The notes below the pieces were generated by a model that was not told where the DNA came from, made no database searches, and was given only the letters and a program-made list of their open reading frames with translations. Positions 47,181-56,738 of a stretch of DNA of 64,000 bases are shown piece after piece. This DNA comes from Nitrospinaceae bacterium (lineage in GTDB: Bacteria; Nitrospinota; Nitrospinia; Nitrospinales; Nitrospinaceae): the NCBI GenBank assembly GCA_965223665.1, contig OZ245011.1, forward strand, positions 3,552,001 through 3,616,000, given 5' to 3'. Every line of letters begins with the position of its first letter. Positions within the stretch are counted from its first letter, which is position 1. The position numbers were made by a program, and so were the translations under genes.

Positions 47181-49250
47181 TCAAATTTGGTTTACCAGTT
47201 TTACAATATGTTGCTTCTCGGAGGAAGAAATAGAATAGGTACCAAATCGATTCCTTTCATAAAATTGACCAATTTCCTTAACTATTTGAAGTTTTTCCAG
47301 AGGTAGTTTGCTTAGATGAAATAAATACTCATGGTGTGTCCAGTTTTGTTTTTTGGGAAATCCTTGTTTTTCTAATTTATATAGCATCTTCTTATAGGCT
47401 CTTACAGAAAAGGGTGTTGAAGAGTTATCCCAATAGAATTTCCAGAAAGAACTTTTTTTGAGAACCCAAAAAAGGATTAATAAAATTACAAGGACAATGA
47501 TAAAAAAACTAGGGTTACCTAATATTTTTTGAATCCCTTCCTTTTTAAAGGGATCCATTGAATGAAAATCTTTTACAATTTGATTTGTTTTTTCATCAAA
47601 AAACTTAACAATTTTTAATTGGTCGTTAAATGAATATTTTAAAACGTATTTTTGCCAAAGGAACTTAATCCTGTCAAAGTTATGTTCTAAAGAGCTAATT
47701 TCTTCATCAAAGGTACTACCGGCAGAGGGGGTAGGATCAAATACAATCCATCCTTTTCCAGAAATATAAGCTTCCACCCAAGAATGTGCATGAGCTTGTC
47801 TCACCACCATGTAATTTCCCAACTCGTTTCTTTCCACTCCAAGGAAACCGTTTACAATTCTTGCCGGAATACCATTTAGTCTTAAAAGAATTACCATGGC
47901 AGAGGCAAAGTATTCACAATGGCCTTCTTTGTTTACAAAAAGAAACTCATCTAAAGGAGAAAGTTTTGTATGCTTTTTCATATTTAAGGTGTAGCCAAAC
48001 TTGGTTTTGAAAAACTTAAGAATTTTTTCACCTTTTGTATATTCGGAATCTTGAAGCTTCACTAATTTTTTTGCCAGCGTTTTAATTTGGGGGCTTAAGT
48101 TGGGTAATTGCAAATATCGATTTGGAAATAGATGAGTTGAGGGTTTTGGAGTTGTTCTAATAAAACTCTGATTAGTAGAATTTAATTGTGACTTAAAAAT
48201 CCATTTTTGGGGTCCTGAAATAGGTTCGGGAATTTTCAAATTGTAAGATTGATCTCTATTTAACCAACGGATGGGGCCATTAATATAGCTGGGAATTCCT
48301 AGAGTAAAAATAATGGGAGTGTTATGAGATTCAACAAAGACTTCTTGCTCCACTATAGTTTCGGGATCTTGAGGATTGAAAAATACAATACCGTTTTGGT
48401 TTAAATTGATAAATGGATTTATCGAGGGAACAGTGGATAACCAAGATTGCCCATCATAATGATCCAGTGCAACTCCCCTCCAATAAACCTTAAATGGTGG
48501 ATAATAAGGTTTGCCGTTACGTTTAAACATTACTCTCATAACGACTTCATTATTTTGTTTAATACGACCGACATCTCCCAAATGAACATTACTCGAAAAC
48601 CCACTCATGGGACCTTTTGAATTAGAAAAATTAATGAATCCCATACCCAATCGAGGAAATGCTGTGAAGATAACTCCTGTAAGAATTAAGCTCAATAGGA
48701 CCACTCCAGTGGAGATACCAATTAGTGGGAATCCAATAGTTTCATTTTCACCAACGTTTCTAAAATCTTTTGGGGGACTGGAACTTCCCACTCTCTCAGC
48801 AAGTACGTTATAAAAAATGAAACTCCAGCAAAGGGAAAAATAAAACATTAAAAAAAGTGCACCAAAGAAAATATCCTGAACAAAAACGGCTCCCACCAAC
48901 AAACAAATTACTGAAACAAGATACCCATAAAGGTAATCATTGAATTCTGTTTTAAATATAAATCTTGTAATTAACAGAAATAGTGATATTCCGATCAAAA
49001 AACCAATAATAGGAGGCTGAAACAGATAATAGATTAAAGGAAGAATGACCAACCAAAGCTTCCAGGAAGTGAGTCCTATAGGAGGGTTCACTGGAATTTT
49101 TTTCAAAAGTTCTAAAACATAACATAATGCCAAAATTCCCAATAGTGCTAGCCCAGGGAAATAGGATAGAATTTCGGCCATGATGAGACAGGATATACCT
49201 AAACCTGCCAAAACATAGTTAAGTGATATAAAACTGGTCCTGAGGTTCAT
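47181..49250 (-). CDS. TgpA-like transglutaminase membrane protein (DUF3488 + transglutaminase core + DUF4129)
   Basis: TM region, FPR, GFS..V.LG, YWRG, GHCEYFASAM (Cys), AHSWVEAY (His) and FDPTP (Asp). Confidence 0.9.
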   Translation of the reverse strand: MNLRTSFISLNYVLAGLGISCLIMAEILSYFPGLALLGILALCYVLELLKKIPVNPPIGLTSWKLWLVILPLIYYLFQPPIIGFLIGISLFLLITRFIFKTEFNDYLYGYLVSVICLLVGAVFVQDIFFGALFLMFYFSLCWSFIFYNVLAERVGSSSPPKDFRNVGENETIGFPLIGISTGVVLLSLILTGVIFTAFPRLGMGFINFSNSKGPMSGFSSNVHLGDVGRIKQNNEVVMRVMFKRNGKPYYPPFKVYWRGVALDHYDGQSWLSTVPSINPFINLNQNGIVFFNPQDPETIVEQEVFVESHNTPIIFTLGIPSYINGPIRWLNRDQSYNLKIPEPISGPQKWIFKSQLNSTNQSFIRTTPKPSTHLFPNRYLQLPNLSPQIKTLAKKLVKLQDSEYTKGEKILKFFKTKFGYTLNMKKHTKLSPLDEFLFVNKEGHCEYFASAMVILLRLNGIPARIVNGFLGVERNELGNYMVVRQAHAHSWVEAYISGKGWIVFDPTPSAGSTFDEEISSLEHNFDRIKFLWQKYVLKYSFNDQLKIVKFFDEKTNQIVKDFHSMDPFKKEGIQKILGNPSFFIIVLVILLILFWVLKKSSFWKFYWDNSSTPFSVRAYKKMLYKLEKQGFPKKQNWTHHEYLFHLSKLPLEKLQIVKEIGQFYERNRFGTYSISSSEKQHIVKLVNQI

Positions 49251-49268
49251 ATTCCTAGGGTATGCGAA

Positions 49269-49298
49269 TTGACAATCTGGAAAACCTTTTTATACAAT
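49269..49298 (+). promoter_or_regulatory. Sigma70-type promoter for the cyclophilin pair
   Basis: TTGACA-N18-TACAAT. Confidence 0.45.
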
Positions 49299-49394
49299 GG
49301 CTACAAATTAACCATTCCACTGTTCATCACTTTTTTGACCCACGTCATAAAAGAGAACTGTTTCAATAGTTTAAATTAAATATGGAGAAGACAC

Positions 49395-49949
49395 ATGCGA
49401 AAACTGATTATTTTGGGATTTTCATTCTTTTTTGCGGCGTGGTTCAGTGCTTCAATAGTGTTAGCTAATGAAATCGCGGTCATTGAAACTAAATTTGGAA
49501 ATATTCAAATTGAGTTTTTCGAAGATAAGGCACCAGGGCATGTGAAAAACTTTAAAGATTTGGCCAAAAAAGGAGTTTATGATGGAACGACCTTTCACCG
49601 TGTTATTCCTGGATTTATGATCCAGGGAGGTGATCCTAATTCCAAAAGTGAAGATCGTTCTCAACATGGAATGGGAGGCCCTGGTTACACTATCAAAGCT
49701 GAATTTAATAATGTTCACCATGATAGAGGAATATTGTCTATGGCGAGAGCGGGACATCCTGATAGCGCTGGAAGCCAATTCTTTATTGTGGTAAAAGATG
49801 CTCACTTCCTGGATAAAAAATATACAGTATTTGGGCGTGTGACCCAGGGAATGGAAGTGGCAGATAAAATTGTAAATCAAAAGCGTGACCGCAATGACAA
49901 TCCGCTTGAGCGAATTGAAATGAAGGTTACCATTAAAAATGAAAAATAA
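49395..49949 (+). CDS. Cyclophilin-type PPIase, exported
   Basis: Signal peptide; FHRVIPGFMIQGGDP, LSMAR, SAGSQFFI and YTVFG. Confidence 0.93.
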   Translation: MRKLIILGFSFFFAAWFSASIVLANEIAVIETKFGNIQIEFFEDKAPGHVKNFKDLAKKGVYDGTTFHRVIPGFMIQGGDPNSKSEDRSQHGMGGPGYTIKAEFNNVHHDRGILSMARAGHPDSAGSQFFIVVKDAHFLDKKYTVFGRVTQGMEVADKIVNQKRDRNDNPLERIEMKVTIKNEK

Positions 49950-49970
49950 TGTCCCAGTGAGGAGAGTAAT

Positions 49971-50459
49971 ATGTCTAAAGAAATTGCGGTGATTGAAACC
50001 GTTCATGGAAATATAGAACTAGAGTTTTTTGAAGATAAAGCACCTGGCCATGTTAAAAACTTTAAGGACTTAGCAAATGATGGTTTTTATAATGGCACCA
50101 CATTTCATCGCGTTATTCCCGGGTTTATGATTCAAGGTGGGGATCCGAATTCTAAAAGTGAAGACAAATCTCAGCATGGGATGGGTGGACCGGGTTACAC
50201 AATTGATGCAGAATTTAACGACGTCAAACATGATAGAGGTGTGTTATCCATGGCACGGTCACAAGATCCGAACAGTGCGGGCTCACAGTTTTTTATTTGT
50301 GTCAAAGATGCCCATTTTTTAGATGGTCAATACACGGCTTTTGGAAGAGTGGTTAATGGGATGGATGTAGCCGACAAGATTGTAAACGAAGCACGAGACG
50401 GGAATGATAACCCTAATCAAAGAATGGAAATGGTTTCTGTCACTGTTAAAGAAGCTTAA
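49971..50459 (+). CDS. Cyclophilin-type PPIase, cytoplasmic
   Basis: Same motifs as the upstream paralog, without a signal peptide. Confidence 0.93.
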   Translation: MSKEIAVIETVHGNIELEFFEDKAPGHVKNFKDLANDGFYNGTTFHRVIPGFMIQGGDPNSKSEDKSQHGMGGPGYTIDAEFNDVKHDRGVLSMARSQDPNSAGSQFFICVKDAHFLDGQYTAFGRVVNGMDVADKIVNEARDGNDNPNQRMEMVSVTVKEA

Positions 50460-50515
50460 TGTTTACCTACGGAAAAAATTAAAAGAAAATTTTGGAATAT
50501 AAGGGAAATTTAAGG

Positions 50516-50875
50516 ATGGAAAGTGAATTGACCATTAGTGTTTATAAGTTTTTAGGTACTGATTATCCTCAAGGGAGGACTTCTGAAGATGGAAGTCCTT
50601 CCGCTGAAACTCTTAGGGTTCACATTTTAGAGAATTGGGATAAATATGAAAAACTCAACATATCATTAGATTCTATTGTCAAAATGACACGGACATTTGT
50701 GGATGAAGCATTTGCAAAAATTCTTGAGGCTCGGTCTTTAGAAGAGTTTAATAATAAAGTTTATTTTCCTGATGCGAAGGAAGCGATGGTAAAAGAACTG
50801 AATAATGCTGTAAAGCTTCGCCTCAAAATTATTTCATCCAAAAAAGAGCGGGAAAGGGATGAGCTTAGTATATAA
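50516..50875 (+). CDS. STAS-like / DUF4325-type protein
   Basis: R..G..LR, ISLD.I..MTRTFVDEAFAK pattern; ATG at 50516 preferred to the upstream TTG. Confidence 0.55.
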   Translation: MESELTISVYKFLGTDYPQGRTSEDGSPSAETLRVHILENWDKYEKLNISLDSIVKMTRTFVDEAFAKILEARSLEEFNNKVYFPDAKEAMVKELNNAVKLRLKIISSKKERERDELSI

Positions 50876-50895
50876 AGGAAGTTCATCAAATTAGA

Positions 50896-51141
50896 TTATT
50901 TCGTGGTGGGCAACTTTAGTTTTTGGTTTCTACTTAAACCTTTGATTTCGGCTTCGCGTTGGCAGGCAGCCGCTCTATTTTTCTGTTTTTCCTTGTAGAA
51001 TACCCGAAAGGGTCCGCGTCCTTTGGTGTATTTTGCTCCTTTACCCATTCTATGTGCTTCAAGACGCCGATCTAAATCCTTCGTTATTCCTGTATAAAGA
51101 CTCCCATCTGCACATTCTAAAATGTAGACAACCCAACTCAG
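50896..51141 (-). CDS. GIY-YIG nuclease family protein (UPF0213, YhbQ/YazA-like), 81 aa, probable CTG start; missing from the ORF track
   Basis: Manual translation: (M)SWVVYILECADGSLYTGITKDLDRRLEAHRMGKGAKYTKGRGPF...AACQREAEIKGLSRNQKLKL. Confidence 0.88.
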   Translation of the reverse strand: MSWVVYILECADGSLYTGITKDLDRRLEAHRMGKGAKYTKGRGPFRVFYKEKQKNRAAACQREAEIKGLSRNQKLKLPTTK

Positions 51142-51155
51142 AAAAGATCCCTTTA

Positions 51156-51755
51156 TTATTTTAATTTTGTTTCCGAAACAAGCTTGATGACCTCTTCCGC
51201 GAATTCTTCAATCGCTTCCCCACCTTTTGCAGTAACCATTCGTTCATGAACTACCACATCCTGGTCTGAGAGAACTCCAGCAGCTTTTTCAATGGCAGCC
51301 GTAGTGTGCTTGTCGTCTGCCGCGGCAACTTCGGTATTAGCAATTAAATCTGCTTCTCCGAGGCAGGGGGTCCCACTACCAATGGCCCCTACGACCATTT
51401 TACTTTTATATCTATCAGATATAAGAAGGCGGACCAACCGATCATCCCATAAATATTTTCGGGCTCCTTTACCACCTATAATGATGGTTCCATGAAATAC
51501 ACCTTTGACTTGACGTGTTCCTTTGCCAGCCGTTACATAGCTGTCTCCGGTAATACCTTCAATGGCATCCACAATCAGCATATCGGGCATATGTCTGCCT
51601 GTTTTCATTCCAACCGCTTCTTTAAACTTTGAAGAGGCCACTTTAACTTCGGCGCCCTCATTAATTAATATTTCTCTTAAAGGATCTAATTGGCTCTCGT
51701 CATAATAATCTTTAGGAATAATAAGGAGTATATTTTTATCTTCCAAGCGTGGCAT
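51156..51755 (-). CDS. DJ-1/PfpI superfamily protein lacking the usual catalytic Cys
   Basis: ILLII, GAEVKVAS, IIGG.GA, VGAIGSG..CL..A.L and VV...RMVTA.G...EEFA. Confidence 0.75.
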   Translation of the reverse strand: MPRLEDKNILLIIPKDYYDESQLDPLREILINEGAEVKVASSKFKEAVGMKTGRHMPDMLIVDAIEGITGDSYVTAGKGTRQVKGVFHGTIIIGGKGARKYLWDDRLVRLLISDRYKSKMVVGAIGSGTPCLGEADLIANTEVAAADDKHTTAAIEKAAGVLSDQDVVVHERMVTAKGGEAIEEFAEEVIKLVSETKLK

Positions 51756-51844
51756 GGGTTTTCCTTGTTGAAATTGGCTAAAAATTTTTTTTGTTAATTG
51801 TATAAGAGTTTTTTACTATTTGAAGAAAAAATTTTGAATAACCC

Positions 51845-53776
51845 CTATATTTGCGGAAGGTTGGGAGGATTGGGAAGAATCTCAAATAGAAATGACATGT
51901 TTTTTTCAGCCAATTTTTTTGTCCTTTGGTCCAGAAACTGCTTTAAAAGAGTTTGCTGTTCTATAGAAAACGCTGAATTTTTGCCCCATACATACCGAGA
52001 ATCGAACATGAGGTGGGTTACTCCCATTTTATTTAAATTTGCTGCCAAATCCTTGGTTGTGGATATTTCCTGAAGCAATTTCTGCAATGTATGTGCTTCA
52101 AAAACACTGTCACTGATGAAATTTCTTTCAGCTAAATAACCCAAATTTCGCATGAAAATAAATAATACTTTGCTGTTGAGTGGAGTTTTTTGGTTCATCT
52201 CCTGGTAAATGGGGAATCCAGAGATATTTCTTGTCAGATACTGCTCCTTGGTTTCTTTATCAGTCAGAAAGTTTGAAGGATTTATCTTCCACCACATTTC
52301 ACCCACTAAACTGCTATTGTATGAAATTCCAAGTATGATCAGAATATAAACTGTACTACGAATAATGGTCGAAAACTTAAAAAGGTTGACACTTCTAAGT
52401 GTACTTTCCATCCCATAAACCAAGATCAAAGTTAAGAAAGTAAAGGAAATGGTTAGAAATCGTACATATTGGAAATAGAAGAACCAAAAAATTATTAAGA
52501 CACCAAATACTGTTGCCAGTGATTTAATTTTTTGTGAATGGGTTCCCCATAAACCAAATAACATGGGAAAAAGTAAAAAATGTGCTTTACCCACCCAACC
52601 GTCAAACCTCAGGGAATTGGGTTCACTATGAAAGGTTAGGTTGTAAGGTAAAAGAAATAAATCAGTTAGCCCCCGCCCCATCCCAAATGACTTTACATAT
52701 TGATTCATCATTAAGGCACGGTTCGAATCCCAGTTAATATGGTCCGAGCCTCCGAAGAATTGCATAAAAAGTGGAGTAAAAGGATTTCCAGAGTAAAAAT
52801 AATTTCGCATCCACCAAGGGCCCATAAATACTATTACGATTCCTGCAAAGATTCCTATCTGGAATAATACTTTTTTGGGGTCCTGATGACTTTTCCCCTT
52901 CCAGGCAATTCCAAAAATAATTAAGGGTAGAACGATAACAGCCGTAAGTTTGGTGGCTAAAGCTGAGGCGCCAAAAATGATCATTAAATAAAACCATCCT
53001 TTTTGATCGGTAGACACCCAGCGATCCCAAGCATAAAAAGCAAAAAATATTAAAGCTGCTAAAGGGATATCTATATAGGCTGAAGCTGAGATTTCCCAAA
53101 AAGTTGGAATGCAAAAAAACAACACAGGAACCAGTAAATAGAACTTGCCTTTAAGGTGATTTTTATAATAAAGAGACAAACCCGCCAGTAATAAAAATCC
53201 TGCTCCCAAACCTAATAAGGCCGGAAGGCTTTCTACCTCAAAACTCATTGCAAATAGATAAACCATTGAAAACAACATGGGGAAAAAAGAATACATATTG
53301 TTTGGCAGATTAACGATGCCATGAAGTTCAAAGTATTTTTTAGGAATGGCTAAATGGTAGACCAAGGCATCGGTTTTTACTGGTGGGGCTAAAGCGAGGG
53401 TTATTGATAAAAATACAAGTAGAGATAATATGATCCAAAGAAAGCAACTTAAACTCAATGGGATTTTGAATATAGTTTCCCTTTGGAGGAAGGAATTTAG
53501 CCAACGCCGAGATTGGTGAAATAAATGATTAATGGATGGGATCGATGTAAGGAAGATTACTGAAAGTAATATCCAACCCGTTTGCGGAAAAATTAAATGG
53601 AGAAAAGCTAAAAGAGTGGTGATTAACCCTATGGCCACCACACCCAAAAGTGAGGAAAAAGTAAACTTTTCACCAAAGGTATGGAAATCGATATTAATGT
53701 AACTGACCCATTTTTCTCCTAAAAGAAAACAGGCTAAAAAAATAAATGCGGCTAAAACTAAGTCAAATAAAAACAA
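51845..53776 (-). CDS. GT-C fold (ArnT-like) polytopic membrane protein
   Basis: APP...DALVYHL.IPK, FP...SM.Y, A.ATK, PWW.RN...GNP..P and Q..RF; soluble C-terminal domain. Confidence 0.7.
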   Translation of the reverse strand: MFLFDLVLAAFIFLACFLLGEKWVSYINIDFHTFGEKFTFSSLLGVVAIGLITTLLAFLHLIFPQTGWILLSVIFLTSIPSINHLFHQSRRWLNSFLQRETIFKIPLSLSCFLWIILSLLVFLSITLALAPPVKTDALVYHLAIPKKYFELHGIVNLPNNMYSFFPMLFSMVYLFAMSFEVESLPALLGLGAGFLLLAGLSLYYKNHLKGKFYLLVPVLFFCIPTFWEISASAYIDIPLAALIFFAFYAWDRWVSTDQKGWFYLMIIFGASALATKLTAVIVLPLIIFGIAWKGKSHQDPKKVLFQIGIFAGIVIVFMGPWWMRNYFYSGNPFTPLFMQFFGGSDHINWDSNRALMMNQYVKSFGMGRGLTDLFLLPYNLTFHSEPNSLRFDGWVGKAHFLLFPMLFGLWGTHSQKIKSLATVFGVLIIFWFFYFQYVRFLTISFTFLTLILVYGMESTLRSVNLFKFSTIIRSTVYILIILGISYNSSLVGEMWWKINPSNFLTDKETKEQYLTRNISGFPIYQEMNQKTPLNSKVLFIFMRNLGYLAERNFISDSVFEAHTLQKLLQEISTTKDLAANLNKMGVTHLMFDSRYVWGKNSAFSIEQQTLLKQFLDQRTKKLAEKNMSFLFEILPNPPNLPQI

Positions 53777-53924
53777 TGTGTTGCGCTCGTTAATCCAGTT
53801 TGTTAAAAAAAATTAATTTTGAAGATCAAGCTTCAAGTGTATATTAGGGGAACTTTCTCTGAGGTTTGCTTCCATAAATTGTATTTAATTAAAATTAGAT
53901 AACCGACTAAGGTTGAAATTTCTA

Positions 53925-53952
53925 TTGACACAACCTAGAGAATGAATATAAT
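53925..53952 (+). promoter_or_regulatory. Consensus sigma70 promoter upstream of the cytochrome c gene
   Basis: TTGACA-N16-TATAAT. Confidence 0.65.
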
Positions 53953-54091
53953 TTGGCTCTTTTTTTGTCATATTTCCATTATAACGGGTGGATTGCGACT
54001 CGGAACCTGGAATTTGGAATTGATTTTTTACGGTATTTTTTTTGGAACCGTTTATCTTTCATATTAATGTCCTTAAGAAAGGAAAACCACA

Positions 54092-54526
54092 ATGAAGAGA
54101 TCAGTTATTTTTGTAGTATTCATGGTATTGACGTTCTTTTTGGCAAGTCACGCTTTTGCAGGCGCTAAATGTCCGCAACCGCGTAAAACCAAAAAGGCCC
54201 CTGCAAATATTTATAACGCTGACAAAACTGGAAGTGCTGATGCAGCAAAAGGTAAAGCAATTTTTACCAAAAAAGCTAAGCCAATGGCCTGTAAAATGTG
54301 TCATGGTGATAAAGGGGATGGAACTGGTAAATTAGGAAAAGCGTTGAAACCCGCTCCACGTAACTTTGCCTGTGCGGACACCATGAAAGATGTTACACCA
54401 GGACAAATGTTTTGGATTATTAAAAATGGTTCAAAAGGTACCGGTATGGCACCTTTCGGTAAAACTTTGAAAGATAATGATATTTGGGATGTAATCAAAT
54501 ACATCCGTTCTGACTTAATGAAGTAA
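54092..54526 (+). CDS. Periplasmic monoheme cytochrome c
   Basis: AAGGA SD, signal peptide, CKMCH, P.PRNF, distal Met in GTGMAPF, and W.VI.YIR. Confidence 0.92.
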   Translation: MKRSVIFVVFMVLTFFLASHAFAGAKCPQPRKTKKAPANIYNADKTGSADAAKGKAIFTKKAKPMACKMCHGDKGDGTGKLGKALKPAPRNFACADTMKDVTPGQMFWIIKNGSKGTGMAPFGKTLKDNDIWDVIKYIRSDLMK

Positions 54527-54546
54527 GTTTTTTAGTTAGCTTTCAT

Positions 54547-54584
54547 AAAAGGGATAAAGCGATTTTCGCTTTATCCCTTTTTTT
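54547..54584 (+). terminator. Rho-independent terminator
   Basis: AAAAGGGATAAAGCGA-TTT-TCGCTTTATCCCTTTT followed by further Ts. Confidence 0.9.
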
Positions 54585-54653
54585 GTGTTTTCTACATTTT
54601 TAAAATGTGGTTATGGTATTTTGGAAAAATTATTGATCCATTTGGAAATTATC

Positions 54654-55547
54654 ATGCCTCGAGTAATCATCGCAGTCTTTTATTTAATTTGTTCTTTAGG
54701 ATTTGTTGGTTCTGCTTCCTTCGCAATCACTGAAAATGAATTAGGAAGTAAAAACCACCCCATTCATATGATGTTTGTCCCCTCCGGTGAAGCACAAATA
54801 ATTTTAGAAGAGGGAGAGGCTATTGCTAAACTTTTGGAAACGGCCACTGGTCTTAAATTCAAATCCTCAATTGCTACTAGCTACTCCGCGGTCATTGAAG
54901 CGATGGGAGCGGAAAAAGTAGATATTGGTTGGTTGGCTTCTTTTTCGTATGTTCTTGCAAAAGATAAATATGATGTGGATTTGCTTTTAATTGTTTCGCG
55001 GTTTGGAAGTCCATTTTATAGAGGACAAATTGTGGCTCGCTCCGATTCTAAAATTAAGTCAATGTCAGACCTAAAAGGAAAACGATTTGCTTATGTAGAC
55101 CCTGCTTCCACATCGGGCCATTTATACCCTAAAGCCTTGTTGACTAAGAAAGGGATAGATCCTGAAAATTTATTTTCTCAAACCGTGTTTGCTGGATCGC
55201 ATAACGCTGTCATATTTTCAATATTAAAGGGTGAAGTTGATGCGGGAGCAACCTATGACGATGCAAGAGCCGCTGTGGCTAAAAGCTTCCCGGATGTATT
55301 TGAAAAAATAAAGGTGATTGCTTACACCCAAAATATCCCCAATGATACCGTTAGCGCCAGGAAAAATTTATCTCCCAAAATTAAAGCGAAAATTAAGCAC
55401 GGATTAAAAAAGGTAGTTAAATCTAAAGAAGGGGGTCGAATTTTGAAAAAACTTTATGGAATAAGTGATTTAATGGATTTAGATGCTTTTTATGATCCTG
55501 TCCGTGATGCAGGTCGATTGTTAAACCTTAATAACACCTCTCCTTAA
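54654..55547 (+). CDS. phnD: Phosphonate/phosphite/phosphate ABC transporter substrate-binding protein (PhnD/PtxB family)
   Basis: Signal peptide from ATG 54654; YSAVIEAM, DPASTSGHLYP, GSHNA and IPND. Confidence 0.85.
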   Translation: MPRVIIAVFYLICSLGFVGSASFAITENELGSKNHPIHMMFVPSGEAQIILEEGEAIAKLLETATGLKFKSSIATSYSAVIEAMGAEKVDIGWLASFSYVLAKDKYDVDLLLIVSRFGSPFYRGQIVARSDSKIKSMSDLKGKRFAYVDPASTSGHLYPKALLTKKGIDPENLFSQTVFAGSHNAVIFSILKGEVDAGATYDDARAAVAKSFPDVFEKIKVIAYTQNIPNDTVSARKNLSPKIKAKIKHGLKKVVKSKEGGRILKKLYGISDLMDLDAFYDPVRDAGRLLNLNNTSP

Positions 55548-55595
55548 ATATTTTTTGAGTAATAAGGTTGCTTAAAAGAATAAAGAGAATTATTT

Positions 55596-56333
55596 ATGCT
55601 GGAGTTGAAAAATATTTCAAAAATTTATCCCCCCGGAACTACCGCTTTAAATGATATTTCTTTTAAGGTCAGACCTGGAGAATTTATTGTAGTTTTGGGT
55701 AAAAGCGGCTCTGGAAAATCGACTCTATTAAGGTGTATTAATCGTTTGGTAGAACCAACAAAGGGAAAAATTTTTTTTGAAAGTAAAGATGTAACTCAAA
55801 TTGGATCTAAACCTTTAAGAAAACTTCGCCGTGATATTGGGATGGTTTTCCAAAATTTCAACTTGATTCCCCGAGCATCGGTTTTAACCAATGTTTTGAG
55901 TGGTAGACTGGGTTTTTGTTCTCCTTGGGCTGCCTTGTTGAATCATTTTTCAAAGGAGGACAGAGACAGCGCGTTTGAAAAACTGGAGCAATTAGAAATA
56001 TCTGATAAGGCCTTGGCACGAGCAGATAGTTTGAGCGGGGGGCAGCAACAAAGGGTTGGAATAGCCAGAGCATTATTGCAAAGACCAAAATTAATATTAG
56101 CAGATGAACCGATTTCAGCGTTAGATCCGGCTACCTCTAGAACCATTTTAAGTATTTTAAAAAAAATTAACGAGTCTGAAGGAATCACAATTATTTGCAA
56201 TTTGCATCTGCCCGATTTGGCATTGCAATACAGTAATCGCTTAATAGTATTGAAATCAGGGGAGTTAGCCTTCGACGGCTTTCCCAAGGAAATTACAGAG
56301 GAACGTCTTTTAAAATTTTATGGTAGTGACTGA
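55596..56333 (+). CDS. phnC: Phosphonate ABC transporter ATP-binding protein
   Basis: GKSGSGKSTLLR, NVLSGRLG, LSGGQQQRVGIARAL, LADEP..ALDP and NLH. Confidence 0.88.
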   Translation: MLELKNISKIYPPGTTALNDISFKVRPGEFIVVLGKSGSGKSTLLRCINRLVEPTKGKIFFESKDVTQIGSKPLRKLRRDIGMVFQNFNLIPRASVLTNVLSGRLGFCSPWAALLNHFSKEDRDSAFEKLEQLEISDKALARADSLSGGQQQRVGIARALLQRPKLILADEPISALDPATSRTILSILKKINESEGITIICNLHLPDLALQYSNRLIVLKSGELAFDGFPKEITEERLLKFYGSD

Positions 56334-56444
56334 AATTTTCCTGTTTTTTCTACCTAATTGTGTAATACAATCAGAAAGTAATTTCACCAACAAACTTTAT
56401 TCCTTAGATTTTTAGCGGACCGTCAATTTAAATGGGGGATATTT

Positions 56445-56738
56445 ATGGACGATCCTATACAAAAGATTTCCGGTGTATTAGCTTTCCTTGATTGGAATGA
56501 ATATACAGTTTTGGCATTTCTAATGTCAGTTAACCTTCTTATCTTATGGTTTATTTGGAGAAATAAAGTTTATTCTAAAAGAATCTATGAGCAACTATTG
56601 ATTCAAAACAGATATTTTCTTGCTACTCCAAAGGCTACAAGAACGGCTTTAGAGAAGCCTTCTCTCGAGAAAACTGCCCCAGAAAGTAAAGCACGTGAAG
56701 CTCCCACAAAAGAAAGAGCCTTCAATAAAACCTGGTGA
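56445..56738 (+). CDS. Small single-TM hypothetical protein
   Basis: GGGGGA SD, one TM helix and a charged tail. Confidence 0.5.
   Translation: MDDPIQKISGVLAFLDWNEYTVLAFLMSVNLLILWFIWRNKVYSKRIYEQLLIQNRYFLATPKATRTALEKPSLEKTAPESKAREAPTKERAFNKTW

Noticed and set aside
53953-54168. 71-aa ORF in the cytochrome c leader
   Set aside because: TTG start immediately after the -10 box, no SD, and it overlaps the cytochrome gene out of frame.
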